This document shows positions 37,079 to 47,718 of a stretch of 64,000 nucleotides of DNA, one piece after another. Source of the stretch: Minisyncoccia bacterium (GTDB taxonomy: Bacteria; Patescibacteriota; Minisyncoccia; Phycocordibacterales; UBA9973); assembly GCA_038249055.1 (NCBI GenBank), contig JBBRWS010000001.1, forward strand, positions 14,244-78,243, given 5' to 3'. The translations under genes were made by a program, and so were the position numbers. Under the pieces are notes generated by a model. The model was given only the letters and a program-made list of their open reading frames with translations. It did not search any database and was not told where the DNA came from. Position 1 is the stretch's first letter, and every line of letters starts with the position of its first letter.

Positions 37079-37432
37079 TTATATTACAAATGCTTCATCT
37101 CTATACATAACTAAAGCGTTCCAATTAGAAACCGTAGTTGCTCCGTGAATCCATTTTGCTTCATCAAGGCAAATATAATTTCTTCCATTTTCTTTTGCAA
37201 TATAGGTTCCACATTTATCCATACAACATATTCTTTTGTAATAGACAACGTTTCCCTTTGTAAACTTTAGTTTATATATATGAGGAACATATCCTCTCTT
37301 ATTACTTTTTTCGGAAATTAACCCCCTATATATATTTGAGGTTTTTCCAAAAACAATAAAATTTTGATCTATTTTTGGGCGCCCTTCCTTGAAGCACTTT
37401 TTACAATAACCCAATCTAGTAATTGTTGTCAT
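37079..37432 (-). CDS. Hypothetical Cys-rich protein (possible zinc-binding)
   Basis: CKKC ... CCMDKC ... C pattern; no confident family. Confidence 0.35.
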   Translation of the reverse strand: MTTITRLGYCKKCFKEGRPKIDQNFIVFGKTSNIYRGLISEKSNKRGYVPHIYKLKFTKGNVVYYKRICCMDKCGTYIAKENGRNYICLDEAKWIHGATTVSNWNALVMYRDEAFVI

Positions 37433-37555
37433 AATAGTGAGTTATCAAGTTTTTTAAAGACTGTGTATTTAGTTTAATTATATACCTATTAATTAAATTA
37501 ATATACAAATAGCAAATTAGTTTATAATAATTTATAAAAATGATAGTATTACTAA

Positions 37556-38554
37556 ATGAACTCCAAGGCCATAATAGTATCCAATTTAACAAAAAAGTTT
37601 TCTTTCTCCGCAAAGAATCCGTCTTTTAGTTGGATTAAGAATTTATTTTATCCTGAAAAAAAAGAAATTATAGCGGTTAAGGATATTTCATTTTCTGTTA
37701 ATCATGGGGAACGCATAGCCTTTATAGGTCCTAATGGTGCTGGTAAATCCACCACAATCAAAATGCTTACAGGTATTCTTTTTCCAACTTCAGGGGAAGT
37801 TAGTATTCTCGGCCTAGATCCAACAAAAGATAGAAAAAAGTTAGCTTATCAAATAGGTACAGTATTTGGACAGCGCTCACAACTTTTACCAAATCTCCCT
37901 TTGACTGACTCCTTCGAATTTTTTGGAGTTATGTATGATATGTCAGAGGAAGACATAAAAAAAAGAATTATTGAACTTGTAGAAATTTTTGATCTTGGAT
38001 CATTTGTGACTCAACCAGTACGAAAGCTTTCACTAGGTCAGCGCATGCGAGCAGAAGTTGCTGTTTCTTTAATTCACAAACCCAAAATTATATTATTAGA
38101 CGAACCAACCATAGGTTTAGATGTAGTCGCTAAAAAGTCACTTCGTGATTTATTAATTAAAATAAATAAGGAAGAAAATACAACTATTTTTTTAACCTCA
38201 CACGATGTTGGTGATATTGAATCACTTTGCGACAGAACAATAATTATTAACCATGGAGTAATGGTAAAAGATTTACCTACATCTGATTTAGCAAAAGCTT
38301 TTGTTTATGAAAAATACATAGACCTTATTCCAGAAAAAATTTTTAATAATTTTCCTTTACTTCCACACGGTATAAGGTATTCTTTACAGGATAAAAATAA
38401 AATCACAGTTATTGTAGATATAAATAAAATTAATGTTCAAGAATCATTGCGGAAATTACTTGATCTATTTTTAGTCGAAGATATTGATGTATATAATGCT
38501 GACTTAGAAACTGTTATTAGGCACATATATGAAAGAGATTCGATTAGCAAATAA
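37556..38554 (+). CDS. ABC transporter ATP-binding protein (ABC-2/DrrA-like exporter)
   Basis: Walker [10 protein letters not shown], signature LSLGQRMR, Walker B ILLDEPT. Confidence 0.85.
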   Translation: MNSKAIIVSNLTKKFSFSAKNPSFSWIKNLFYPEKKEIIAVKDISFSVNHGERIAFIGPNGAGKSTTIKMLTGILFPTSGEVSILGLDPTKDRKKLAYQIGTVFGQRSQLLPNLPLTDSFEFFGVMYDMSEEDIKKRIIELVEIFDLGSFVTQPVRKLSLGQRMRAEVAVSLIHKPKIILLDEPTIGLDVVAKKSLRDLLIKINKEENTTIFLTSHDVGDIESLCDRTIIINHGVMVKDLPTSDLAKAFVYEKYIDLIPEKIFNNFPLLPHGIRYSLQDKNKITVIVDINKINVQESLRKLLDLFLVEDIDVYNADLETVIRHIYERDSISK

Positions 38555-39329
38555 AATACTAAAAACACTTATAAAGGATAGTTTTCAATATCCTAGTAGG
38601 CTTATAGCGGATACAATCGTTGTTATTGCAAGATGCGGAGTTCTCCTTGTTCTATATTGGTATGTATTCAAATTAAATAATGGTGTTATTAATAATACTA
38701 CTTTTCTTTTTTCTGCATGGAGTATATTTTTTTACTTTTCTTTATCAACTTTAAAATTACGTCAAATTTCAAGATTAATAATGCAAGATGTGCAATCTGG
38801 GAATGTAGAAGTATTATTTAGTAAACCCATATCATATCTTTTTTACAGAATGTGGTGGCAGATAGGTGAAGGACTATATTCATTTTTGGTTATAACAGTA
38901 TTCGCGGTTATTATATTGTTTTTGATTATTGGCTTTCCTTCAACTATGCTAATTGGTATATTTATACCAACATTAATTTTAACTTTTATTTTTGCAGTAA
39001 TCCTGTCGTTACTTTTATATTCTATTATTGGTTTGCTATCTTTTTGGATAGAAGATATAAATCCAGTATTTTGGATAGTTGATAAAACTATTATGATTCT
39101 TGGCGGTTCATATCTTCCTATTGCTCTTTTCCCCACATTTATGTATAAAATTGCTTTATATAGTCCATTTGGTGCATCTCAATTTGTGTCCCATACAGTT
39201 TATACTTCTTGGCAAACTAATTGGTATAAGCTCATTGGTATCCAATTATTTTGGATTATATTGATGGGGTTTATTGTTTATTTGATTTTTAGAAAAGTTA
39301 AACAAAGAGTATCTGTGAATGGGGGATAA
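38529..39329 (+). CDS. ABC-2 family transporter permease
   Basis: 6 TM-like helices, adjacent to ABC ATPase with overlapping stop/start. Confidence 0.55.
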   Translation: MKEIRLANKILKTLIKDSFQYPSRLIADTIVVIARCGVLLVLYWYVFKLNNGVINNTTFLFSAWSIFFYFSLSTLKLRQISRLIMQDVQSGNVEVLFSKPISYLFYRMWWQIGEGLYSFLVITVFAVIILFLIIGFPSTMLIGIFIPTLILTFIFAVILSLLLYSIIGLLSFWIEDINPVFWIVDKTIMILGGSYLPIALFPTFMYKIALYSPFGASQFVSHTVYTSWQTNWYKLIGIQLFWIILMGFIVYLIFRKVKQRVSVNGG

Positions 39330-40134
39330 TATATTAAATTATATGAGAGAATTAAATTTTGCATTATATGCAATAAAAAAGAATATACAAAGTAGTGCGG
39401 AACTCCGTACGAGTTTTTTGTTAAATATTTTTGGCATGGCTATTAACAATACAGCTTTTATAATTTTATGGGTATTTTTTGTTAGATCAGTCGGCGTAGT
39501 CGGAGGTTGGACAGCAGCAGATATAGTTGGGCTCCAAGGATTTGTTGCCCTTTGTTTTGGTATTGTATTTTCAGCAGGAGCAGGAATAAGAAAAATGGCA
39601 GACTATGTTACATCCGGAGCATTTGATCGTTTTATGCTTTCACCAAAGAATTTACTTACAAGAATTGCAACATCATCATTCGGTGTATCTGCGTTAGGAG
39701 ATATATTTTTTGGTATTATTTGTTTAGGGATTTATGCTTTTCTAATACATGCAAGTATTTTTCAAATTATACTTATATTTTTACTTGTAATTATTACATC
39801 TATTATATTTTTAGCAGTAGGGATAGTAATTTATTCAATGAGTTTTTTATTTACAGATGCCAATTCAGTCACAATTGGTCTTTTTGAATTATTTTTAACT
39901 TCATCCTTATTCCATGGTGGAGCTTTTCAAGGTGCAATGAGATTTATTTTTACTTTTGCAATCCCATCTCTTTTAATAGGAACTTTACCTGTTGAAATAG
40001 TCAGGGATATTTCATTAAAAAAACTTTTATTAGTTGTTGTTCTAGGACTAATTTGGTTTATTATTTCTATAAAAATTTTTAATAAAGCTGTGAGAAAATA
40101 TGAAAGCTCAAATTTTATGACTTTTGGTAATTAA
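39319..40134 (+). CDS. ABC-2 family transporter permease (second subunit)
   Basis: Polytopic membrane protein in same operon. Confidence 0.5.
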   Translation: MGDNILNYMRELNFALYAIKKNIQSSAELRTSFLLNIFGMAINNTAFIILWVFFVRSVGVVGGWTAADIVGLQGFVALCFGIVFSAGAGIRKMADYVTSGAFDRFMLSPKNLLTRIATSSFGVSALGDIFFGIICLGIYAFLIHASIFQIILIFLLVIITSIIFLAVGIVIYSMSFLFTDANSVTIGLFELFLTSSLFHGGAFQGAMRFIFTFAIPSLLIGTLPVEIVRDISLKKLLLVVVLGLIWFIISIKIFNKAVRKYESSNFMTFGN

Positions 40135-40191
40135 TTAAATATTGTAATATAACAAATTAAAATACCCATAAATTTATGGGTATTTTAATAA

Positions 40192-41097
40192 TTAAATTTC
40201 AGATTTTTTATTAACTTCTTTTTTTAATTTAATCATTTCTAATTCTCTGCCTATCATTAAATCATTCATTTTTTCTATTTCCTCTAATTTTTCCTTGAGT
40301 GAATCCTCATCCATCTTTTTTTCAGTAACATCTTGAACTGTTGATACCATTAAATCTTGTTCAGGAACAGGTATATTGATTGCGGTTATGTATATATTTT
40401 TACCAGCAAGAGTAGTGATAGGGATATTTTCCCATTTCATTTTAGCTGGATCCTTAGTCATCATAGCTTCTGTTGTTTTTTCACGCATTTCTTTTCTATA
40501 AGTAGGATCTATATAAACTTTTTCATAAAAATCATCAGTACTGTTTATACTCTTTCTTTCAACTCCATAAATTTCTTCAAATTTACTACTTACAAACAAT
40601 GCTTTTCCGTCGCTAATTTTATTAACAGCAAAACCGATAGGTGCATTTTCAAGAATAGTATTTAACAATAAGTTTTGTTTTTGTAATTCTTTTTCTATTA
40701 TTTTACGGTCGGTGATATCTTTAATAATAGCAACAGAATATTTAATATTACCATTAGGTTCTCTAACACATCCAACAGAGAGATTTGTCCAGATGGTTGT
40801 TCCGTCTTTACGAATATATCTCTTGTCTAAATTATAGTTTTCAATTTGACCAGATAAAATTTTATTAAATTCTTTTTCATCAGCATCAATATCATCGGGA
40901 TGAGTCATTTCTGACCAAGTTTTTTTAAGGAGTTCATCTCTAGTGTATCCAAGCATTGAGCACAATTCATTATTGACTTCTAGCCAGCCTTTTTCTGGAG
41001 AGGTCATTGCAATTCCATTTAATGGCATATTAAAATAACTATAAAATCTATCCTCGCATTCTTTTAGTTTATCTTCGGTGCTTTTATTTTCAGTCAT
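40192..41097 (-). CDS. Tandem PAS-domain sensor protein without recognisable output domain
   Basis: PAS S-box like segments (..THPDDID..YRKDGT.IW..), C-terminal LMIGRELEMIKLKKEV motif shared with 49988-50956. Confidence 0.65.
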   Translation of the reverse strand: MTENKSTEDKLKECEDRFYSYFNMPLNGIAMTSPEKGWLEVNNELCSMLGYTRDELLKKTWSEMTHPDDIDADEKEFNKILSGQIENYNLDKRYIRKDGTTIWTNLSVGCVREPNGNIKYSVAIIKDITDRKIIEKELQKQNLLLNTILENAPIGFAVNKISDGKALFVSSKFEEIYGVERKSINSTDDFYEKVYIDPTYRKEMREKTTEAMMTKDPAKMKWENIPITTLAGKNIYITAINIPVPEQDLMVSTVQDVTEKKMDEDSLKEKLEEIEKMNDLMIGRELEMIKLKKEVNKKSEI

Positions 41098-41182
41098 ATA
41101 TAATTTAATTTATTAAACGTAATATTATTATAACAAATATATTTTTATTATACTATTAATCTATATTAATTATGAAGATTAA

Positions 41183-41211
41183 TTGACAATTAAGTATAAA
41201 AATGTTATATT
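41183..41211 (+). promoter_or_regulatory. Candidate sigma70-like promoter ttgaca-N17-tatatt
   Basis: Consensus -35 with 17-bp spacer 32 bp upstream of ORF 41243. Confidence 0.35.
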
Positions 41212-41242
41212 AAAACTAATTTTGAAATTTAAAATATAAGAC

Positions 41243-41728
41243 ATGTTGAGTAAAAATACAATTAAGTACGCTGAAATGTTAAATTATCAGGGGCATCGTC
41301 ATCCTGTAATAAAAGTAATGGTTATTATTTTAGTAATACTTTCAGATTTTGAGAGTAGAAAAAAAACTGACGAAGATCCTGAAAAATTTCTTTCAACTTT
41401 AGGGTTTAATAAAGAGGATAGAAATCAATTACTTAAAACTGGACCAGAAGCGTTTTCTGGAAGAGGTTTTTTCTTTAAGGATGATTCTAGTGAGGTTTTA
41501 TCTTTAATCGGCTTAACTGAAAAATCAAATGAAATGCTTGAAAAATACAATGTAATTTTAAATGTATTTAGTTCTAAAAAAGGGAAGGAATTAAATTCTT
41601 TCTCAACTGAGGATATAATTGATGGATTATGTTTTACTCATGAAGGGAAAAATTTACTCAAGCAAATGTCTTCACTTTATAATAATAATATTGTTTTACT
41701 ATATTATCATTATTTTAATGTAAAATAA
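41243..41728 (+). CDS. Hypothetical protein
   Basis: ORF only. Confidence 0.35.
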   Translation: MLSKNTIKYAEMLNYQGHRHPVIKVMVIILVILSDFESRKKTDEDPEKFLSTLGFNKEDRNQLLKTGPEAFSGRGFFFKDDSSEVLSLIGLTEKSNEMLEKYNVILNVFSSKKGKELNSFSTEDIIDGLCFTHEGKNLLKQMSSLYNNNIVLLYYHYFNVK

Positions 41729-41853
41729 TTAATTAAAAATATTGTAAAAATGCCGTCGAATTAAGTAGGCGGCTTTTTTGTTTTAATTTTTGACAAAATC
41801 ATATATTGATGTTAACATCGAAAAATATGTAAGTTCCTTGATATTCGGGTTTA

Positions 41854-41896
41854 TTGGTGACCAAAGGAGATTTTAGGAGTCTTTTTTGGTCACCAA
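41854..41896 (+). promoter_or_regulatory. Inverted repeat TTGGTGACCAAA-N19-TTTGGTCACCAA, candidate operator upstream of 41913 gene
   Basis: 12-bp perfect inverted arms read directly; each arm itself near-palindromic. Confidence 0.4.
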
Positions 41897-41912
41897 ATTT
41901 AAAACCCAAAAA

Positions 41913-42647
41913 ATGAAAAAATCAGTATTGTTGTTTTCTTTCTCGGTACTAGTTATTTGTACAGTTATGGCTCAGGATTTTAATCTAAGTGGCCAAAAGG
42001 TACTTCGTTCAAAATATGTTGGACCTGATGGTCTAACATTTTATGACAAGCCTGTCATTCAAGGTAATATTACTTTAGATCATAAGTCAGGATTTTTTGT
42101 TGATCTATGGATTTCTTCCGGATTAAATACTAACTGGTCCACGGACTGGGATGATGAGATGGATTACACCTTAGGGTGGAGTGGTAAAATTAAGCCAATT
42201 CAAATAAGTACTTCTATCTCATATTTTGATGATATTAATATTTGGCAGTTTTCATACAATGATGTAATCAAATCAGAAGTGAGGATTGATTTGCCAAAAA
42301 AAATCAACAAATGGTTGGAAGTTATTTATTTTGTAGATTATGCAAACTATTTTATTCCAGACAAGAAAACCCCATTTAATGGAGGTAATATTTATTCACT
42401 AGGTATTGATAATGAAATTATCATTTCTGAAAAAATAAAAATTACACCTTCTGTACAATTTTCATATGATGACGGAGCATTCGAAGTAAAACCTGGATGT
42501 TTTATAAAAATGTCATCAAATTTAAATTTAACTCTTACTAAGCATTTTGTTTGGAATATAGTGGAAGCTACTTTTTACGGTCCCTTAGGTGAACGTGAAA
42601 TGAAGAACCAACTAATTCTTGGTACGGGTTTATCCTGGACACTTTAA
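41913..42647 (+). CDS. Hypothetical secreted beta-rich protein (signal peptide; ORF-track TTG start at 41886 likely too early)
   Basis: MKKSVLLFSFSVLVICTVMAQ signal-like N-terminus from ATG at 41913; alternating hydrophobic pattern. Confidence 0.4.
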   Translation: MKKSVLLFSFSVLVICTVMAQDFNLSGQKVLRSKYVGPDGLTFYDKPVIQGNITLDHKSGFFVDLWISSGLNTNWSTDWDDEMDYTLGWSGKIKPIQISTSISYFDDINIWQFSYNDVIKSEVRIDLPKKINKWLEVIYFVDYANYFIPDKKTPFNGGNIYSLGIDNEIIISEKIKITPSVQFSYDDGAFEVKPGCFIKMSSNLNLTLTKHFVWNIVEATFYGPLGEREMKNQLILGTGLSWTL

Positions 42648-42821
42648 AAATGATTTTTCTTTTAATTAAAATAAACCGCTCTATAAATGGGCGGTTTGTT
42701 TATTTAAAGTGAGACACAATAGAAAGAGGCCTCTAATTCATTTATTATGGGATGTATTTTAAATTAATATAAAAATGATATAATTTTTATATTAATTAAT
42801 AATAGATAATAAATAAAATAT

Positions 42822-43253
42822 ATGTTAAAAGAAGGAACAAAAATTATCGATTTTACACTTGTTGATCAGGACAATATAGAACATAAATTATCAGATTATT
42901 CTACAGGTAGGGTACTTTTATATTTTTACCCAAAAGACGATACACCAGGGTGCACAAAAGAGGCCTGCACAATTACCGAAGTTTATGATGATTTTATTAA
43001 GAAAGGTATCACCGTCCTTGGAGTGTCGTCAGATTCACCAGAGAGCCATAAAAAGTTTAGAGAAAAATATAGCATACCGTTTACTTTATTATCTGACCCA
43101 GAAAAAAAAGTAATAAAAGAATACGGTGCTTCATCTTTATTATTTACTAAACGCATTTCATATTTAATTGAAAATGGAATAATTATAAAAACATATACAA
43201 AAGTAGATCCTGCGAGTCATGCCAGTTTAATATTAAAAGATATAGGTAATTAA
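42822..43253 (+). CDS. bcp: Peroxiredoxin Bcp (thiol peroxidase)
   Basis: PKDDTPGCTKEAC active-site motif. Confidence 0.8.
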   Translation: MLKEGTKIIDFTLVDQDNIEHKLSDYSTGRVLLYFYPKDDTPGCTKEACTITEVYDDFIKKGITVLGVSSDSPESHKKFREKYSIPFTLLSDPEKKVIKEYGASSLLFTKRISYLIENGIIIKTYTKVDPASHASLILKDIGN

Positions 43254-43265
43254 AAATCATTAACT

Positions 43266-43295
43266 AAAAATCCTCATTTAGAAATGAGGATTTTT
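43266..43295. terminator. Bidirectional hairpin aaaaatcctcattt-agaa-atgaggattttt
   Basis: Perfect stem between convergent genes. Confidence 0.6.
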
Positions 43296-43305
43296 AGTTC
43301 TAACT

Positions 43306-43572
43306 TTATTTCTTTAAATCAGCTACTTGAATAGGGCTTTGTATTTGAGGTATAACCATATCAATTTCTCCAAATTGCTTTTCGTAATTTTGAACTTGTT
43401 CATTCATCCACATTGCTATGCTTTTCATAATTTGCGGAGTTGTTGCATAGGCATCCATATTATTACCAGAAGTAATAATAAATGAAAATATTTCTTTTCC
43501 GTGTGCACCTATCGCTCCATCACAAAATTTCTTTGGCACTTGATTTAAATCTACTTTTGTTGGGTCAATCAT
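43306..43572 (-). CDS. DUF3467-family small protein
   Basis: C-terminal YEKQFGEI resembles DUF3467 signature YESQFGEI; 88 aa. Confidence 0.55.
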   Translation of the reverse strand: MIDPTKVDLNQVPKKFCDGAIGAHGKEIFSFIITSGNNMDAYATTPQIMKSIAMWMNEQVQNYEKQFGEIDMVIPQIQSPIQVADLKK

Positions 43573-44010
43573 AATTATTTATTTAAATTATATATTATTA
43601 ATATGTAAATATTAGCACACAATTGAAGTTAAAGTGAATTATGCTATAAAAAAAGACAATTATAAGTATATTATATTTCATTGTAATATAATTATATTAA
43701 TGTATCATTAGCGCATTGATATCTATGATTATATATGAAAATTATTAATTATTAGTTATTTATAAAATATGATTTATATACTTTTAATTATCATAATAGT
43801 TGAACTATCTGCACTTCTTTACTCTAATAAGAAGCACAAAGAAGAGAATCTAAATAAATTATTTAGGCCTATTAAAAATATCAAATTTTTTAACGGTAAT
43901 GGGAATAGGGATATAACAGAATTAGAAAATTAACAATAATATTGTATCTAATTATTATTAGATACAATTTTTAGTAATAAATTATTAAGTTCAGATTTAT
44001 ATATCTATGA

Positions 44011-44439
44011 TTAATCTGAACTTGTATTTGTTTTTAAATACCAAATAGAAAGAATAAAAATTAGAATATAAAAAATAAGCCCGTAAGTGCAGGTTGGTAA
44101 ACCTAAAGTAGATATTTTTTCGTTACTTGAAATAAGTTTTGTAATTTCAGGGGTTGTAAAATACCCAGCGAAAAGTATTCCTAAAAATGATACAGTCACT
44201 ATTATTTTTGACATAATTTTTTCAGAAATTTTTTTAAGGAAGCCTAAGGTAGCAGATAAAAAAATAATTAGAAACATAGCAAATCCATACCAACAAGCGG
44301 GGTATCCTAAAAAATATGGACAAGTTTCATTAAAAGCACAAGTAGAAGTAAAAAGTTTTATAGCACTTAAATATCCAGAAAATAATAAACCCCCAAGACC
44401 AAGGAAAAACATAGTTTTTGAATAAATTGATATACTCAT
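44011..44439 (-). CDS. Polytopic membrane protein with paired cysteines (possible VKOR/DsbB-like thiol oxidoreductase)
   Basis: 4-5 TM helices, CAFNETC and PACW/PTCTYG cysteine motifs; weak. Confidence 0.3.
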   Translation of the reverse strand: MSISIYSKTMFFLGLGGLLFSGYLSAIKLFTSTCAFNETCPYFLGYPACWYGFAMFLIIFLSATLGFLKKISEKIMSKIIVTVSFLGILFAGYFTTPEITKLISSNEKISTLGLPTCTYGLIFYILIFILSIWYLKTNTSSD

Positions 44440-44668
44440 ATATTTAAATTTAGATATTAATACTTTTATTATATCATACCCACGAGGCTATTCCAGAATT
44501 AATTTATTTGAACTCAACTATATGTAGTATTAGGAGATTAAGAGATTTATATTATTTAATTTATTAAATAAAAATTGATATTTAAAATTTATAGTACTAT
44601 AATTTACTATTATTAAACAATTATGGCTATTTGATAAATAGTTATAATAAATAATTTATAAAATTTAT

Positions 44669-45013
44669 ATGACTATAATATATGGTGTTGATACAGAAAA
44701 ACCAATTAAACCGGAAGATGTACGGGATGCAATTATTGAATGTTTTACACAGGCACATGGTGAAGCATTAGAAGATTTAAAAAATTATAATAAGAATTTG
44801 ACCGAGGTTTCTTTTGAAGAAATTAAGCGTATAAATATCAGACAAATGGTAAGAAATTATTTTAATGAAGTTGGTGGCGATTATGATCATCCTACTCGTG
44901 ATTCAATTGTAAAAATAACTGAAAAACTAAAAGAATTTGCTAATAATTTTCGTGACCAAAAGTTAATTGAAGAACATTTTAAAGAAATAAAAATTTTATT
45001 AGAAAAGTTATAA
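44669..45013 (+). CDS. Hypothetical protein
   Basis: ORF only. Confidence 0.35.
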   Translation: MTIIYGVDTEKPIKPEDVRDAIIECFTQAHGEALEDLKNYNKNLTEVSFEEIKRINIRQMVRNYFNEVGGDYDHPTRDSIVKITEKLKEFANNFRDQKLIEEHFKEIKILLEKL

Positions 45014-45055
45014 AATAATTTATTTAATAATTTTGTAATCTTACGTTTAACCCAA

Positions 45056-45090
45056 TCAACCCCCACTTACAAATAGTAAGTGGGGGTTGA
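45056..45090 (+). terminator. Hairpin tcaacccccacttac-aaatag-taagtgggggttga
   Basis: 15-bp perfect GC-containing stem followed by tttt. Confidence 0.65.
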
Positions 45091-45223
45091 TTTTGCGTGT
45101 TTAATTAAAATATTCAGGAGGATAAATTTTAAGAGAAAAATATGCAATAACTATACTTTAAAATAATCTTTATATAACATAAAAAAGAAAAAATGTTATT
45201 AAATAAATAAGGTCCTTTAGTAG

Positions 45224-45252
45224 TTGACAATAATTTAAAGGTAGTATATCAT
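45224..45252 (+). promoter_or_regulatory. Candidate promoter ttgaca-N17-tatcat ending 7 bp before arsR-family ATG (leaderless-like), overlapped by palindrome cattcaaa-N6-tttgaatg
   Basis: Consensus -35, 17-bp spacer; 8-bp inverted repeat spanning -10 and start codon (45250-45271). Confidence 0.4.
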
Positions 45253-45258
45253 TCAAAT

Positions 45259-45531
45259 ATGCGTTTGAATGAATTAGCAAAATTAATGCGAACAGCTGGA
45301 GATGAAAGTAGGCTTAAAATTCTATGTATCATTTTTGGTAAAAATAAAGTATGTGTTTCTGATATAGCAAAAGACCTCGGTGTGAGTGTTGCTATTGTGT
45401 CACATCATCTTCAGGTTATGTCTCACGAAGGGTTAGTAATTCCTGTACGTGAAGGGAAAAAGATTTGTTATGAAATTCCAAAAGATCCATTCGTCAAGGA
45501 CTTAAAAAAATTTATATGCAAATATAAGTAA
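45259..45531 (+). CDS. ArsR/SmtB-family transcriptional regulator
   Basis: HTH segment VCVSDIAKDLGVSVAIVSHHLQVMSHEGLV. Confidence 0.75.
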   Translation: MRLNELAKLMRTAGDESRLKILCIIFGKNKVCVSDIAKDLGVSVAIVSHHLQVMSHEGLVIPVREGKKICYEIPKDPFVKDLKKFICKYK

Positions 45532-45548
45532 TTATAAATAAAATACAT

Positions 45549-46835
45549 ATGAAAATAACTTATTTAAAATCATCAGATGAATTTAATATCTTGAAACAAA
45601 GTAATTCGTTACTAGTTTTGGATTTTTATTCTGAAGATTGTCCACCGTGTGAAAAATTGGCTCCAATTTATGAAAAAATGGCACAAGTTTTTCCATCAAT
45701 TATGTTTGTAAAAGCTTTTCGTCAACAAAATCGTGAATTAGCTTTATCTTTAGGAGTTAGTGGGTCACCTACCGTTTTGTTTTTTAAAGATGGAGAATTA
45801 TTAGAAAATCGTTTATCTGGTGAAATCGAAGAAAATAAATTTAGAGAAATTCTTCAATATATAAGTGGGGAAAGTGGATTAGATGATTTGGCTGTTACAA
45901 ATGAAGCTATCGAGGAGTATGATTTATGTATTATTGGTAACGGTCCAGCTGGATTATCAGCTGCTGTTTATGCTGCTCGTTATAAAATAAATCAGGTTTT
46001 AATTGGGGATCTACCTGGAGGATTAATGACCACTGCACATAAAATATGCAATTTTCCTTCAGAAGTTGAAATATCTGGGACAGAATTAACTCAAAAAATG
46101 ATGGATCAAGTTGTTTCACTTTCTGTACCTCAGAAAAAATTTAAAAGAGTTAACTTGATAGAACAAGTAGGAGAGTCATACAAACTTATATTATCAAATG
46201 GGGAAGCAATTAAAGCTAAAGCTATATTACTAGCTACCGGTACAAAGCATCGTCATTTGAATTTACCAAATGAAGAAGCATTGGTAGGCAGAGGTATATC
46301 TTATTGTGCAACTTGTGATGCTTCGTTTTATGCTGATAAGATAGTAGCAGTAATTGGTGGTAGTGATAGTGCAAATACTGCTGCTTTGTATTTAGCTCAA
46401 ATAGCTAAACATGTTTATCAAATTTATCGTGGAAATGATTTACGAGGGGAGGTGGCTTGGATAGACCAAGTAAAAGATAATGATAAAATTACAGTTATTT
46501 ATAACACCAAAATAACTAAAATTCTTGGTGAAAAGCAATTGTCGGGTTTGATATTAGATAAAGAATTTAATGGTAAAAATGAATTAATTGTTGACGGGGT
46601 GTTTGTTGAGATTGGGTCAGATCCGGATCCAGTTTTAATTAAACAATTATCCTTAGATGTAGATTCTAGTGGTTATATAATCACAAAACCAAATCAAATG
46701 ACTAGCAGGGTAGGTGTTTGGGCTGCTGGAGATATTACTACTAACTCAGATTCTTTCCAACAAATTATCACAGCTTGTTCTGAAGGTGCAGTATCGACAC
46801 AGAGTATTTTTAAATACCTTCAAGCAAAAAAATAA
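45549..46835 (+). CDS. trxB: Thioredoxin domain (CPPC) fused to thioredoxin-disulfide reductase
   Basis: N-terminal ~110 aa Trx fold with CPPC; then GNGPAGLSAAVYAAR FAD motif, CATCD redox-active disulfide, NADPH motif GGSDSA. Confidence 0.85.
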   Translation: MKITYLKSSDEFNILKQSNSLLVLDFYSEDCPPCEKLAPIYEKMAQVFPSIMFVKAFRQQNRELALSLGVSGSPTVLFFKDGELLENRLSGEIEENKFREILQYISGESGLDDLAVTNEAIEEYDLCIIGNGPAGLSAAVYAARYKINQVLIGDLPGGLMTTAHKICNFPSEVEISGTELTQKMMDQVVSLSVPQKKFKRVNLIEQVGESYKLILSNGEAIKAKAILLATGTKHRHLNLPNEEALVGRGISYCATCDASFYADKIVAVIGGSDSANTAALYLAQIAKHVYQIYRGNDLRGEVAWIDQVKDNDKITVIYNTKITKILGEKQLSGLILDKEFNGKNELIVDGVFVEIGSDPDPVLIKQLSLDVDSSGYIITKPNQMTSRVGVWAAGDITTNSDSFQQIITACSEGAVSTQSIFKYLQAKK

Positions 46836-46954
46836 TGAAAAGAGTTTATCAAAATTTATTAAAGATCTATTAGTCGTAGGTCATAAAAATTATTAGAAAT
46901 TATTAATTAAATTAAATTCGTCATTATTTATATCATGACGAAAAAATAAAATAT

Positions 46955-47191
46955 ATGAAAAATCATAATGTTATCGTTTATTCAACTCCAACTTGTCCAT
47001 ATTGTGTATATGCAAAAGAATATTTTAAGGATAAAGGTGTAGATTTTAAAGATATAGATGTTTCAAGAGATAGAGCATTAGCAGAAGAGATGATTAAAAA
47101 AAGTGGTCAAATGGGTGTACCTGTAATAGATATTGATGGAAAAATTTTAGTCGGTTTCCAGCCAAATGAATTTGATAAATTGTTAAAATAA
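46955..47191 (+). CDS. Glutaredoxin (CPYC active site)
   Basis: VYSTPTCPYCVYAKE..GQMGVPVIDIDG. Confidence 0.8.
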   Translation: MKNHNVIVYSTPTCPYCVYAKEYFKDKGVDFKDIDVSRDRALAEEMIKKSGQMGVPVIDIDGKILVGFQPNEFDKLLK

Positions 47192-47194
47192 AAT

Positions 47195-47578
47195 ATGAAA
47201 AAAACGATATTTATAACTTTAGGAATTGTTGTTTTAGTGGGTATTATAATTGCGTTTAGTTCAACAAGTGCAAGTGGTCTTTTGGATTCTCAGGATTTTA
47301 TGACAAAATATAAAAATACACCAGATGCTATTTTAATGGATGTCCGTACTCCAGCTGAATTTGATGCGGGTCACATACAGGGATCAGTAAATGTAGATTA
47401 TGAGAATGTTAATTTTGAAAGTGAAGTCAATAAATTGGATGCTTCAAAAACATATTTTGTGTATTGTCGTTCTGGTAACAGGTCTTCAAAAGCAATTCCG
47501 ATAATGAAAAATATAGGTATTGAAAATATTTATGATTTACAGGGAGGCGTTAGTAATGCCCCAGAGTTACTAAATTAA
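47195..47578 (+). CDS. Rhodanese-domain sulfurtransferase with N-terminal membrane anchor
   Basis: Active-site loop CRSGNRS, rhodanese fold length. Confidence 0.75.
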   Translation: MKKTIFITLGIVVLVGIIIAFSSTSASGLLDSQDFMTKYKNTPDAILMDVRTPAEFDAGHIQGSVNVDYENVNFESEVNKLDASKTYFVYCRSGNRSSKAIPIMKNIGIENIYDLQGGVSNAPELLN

Positions 47579-47596
47579 TTAATATTATTATATTTC

Positions 47597-47624
47597 AAAA
47601 AAACTGCTTTTAAGCAGTTTTTTT
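47597..47624 (+). terminator. Hairpin aaaaaaactgctt-ttaa-gcagttttttt
   Basis: Perfect stem plus T-run. Confidence 0.6.
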
Positions 47625-47718
47625 GATTTGTTACCTTGTTGCTAATTTAAATGATTAAGGTTTATATATTTTAAATTCATTACTATTTCTTTTGATATTG
47701 TTTTGATATAATTATTTT

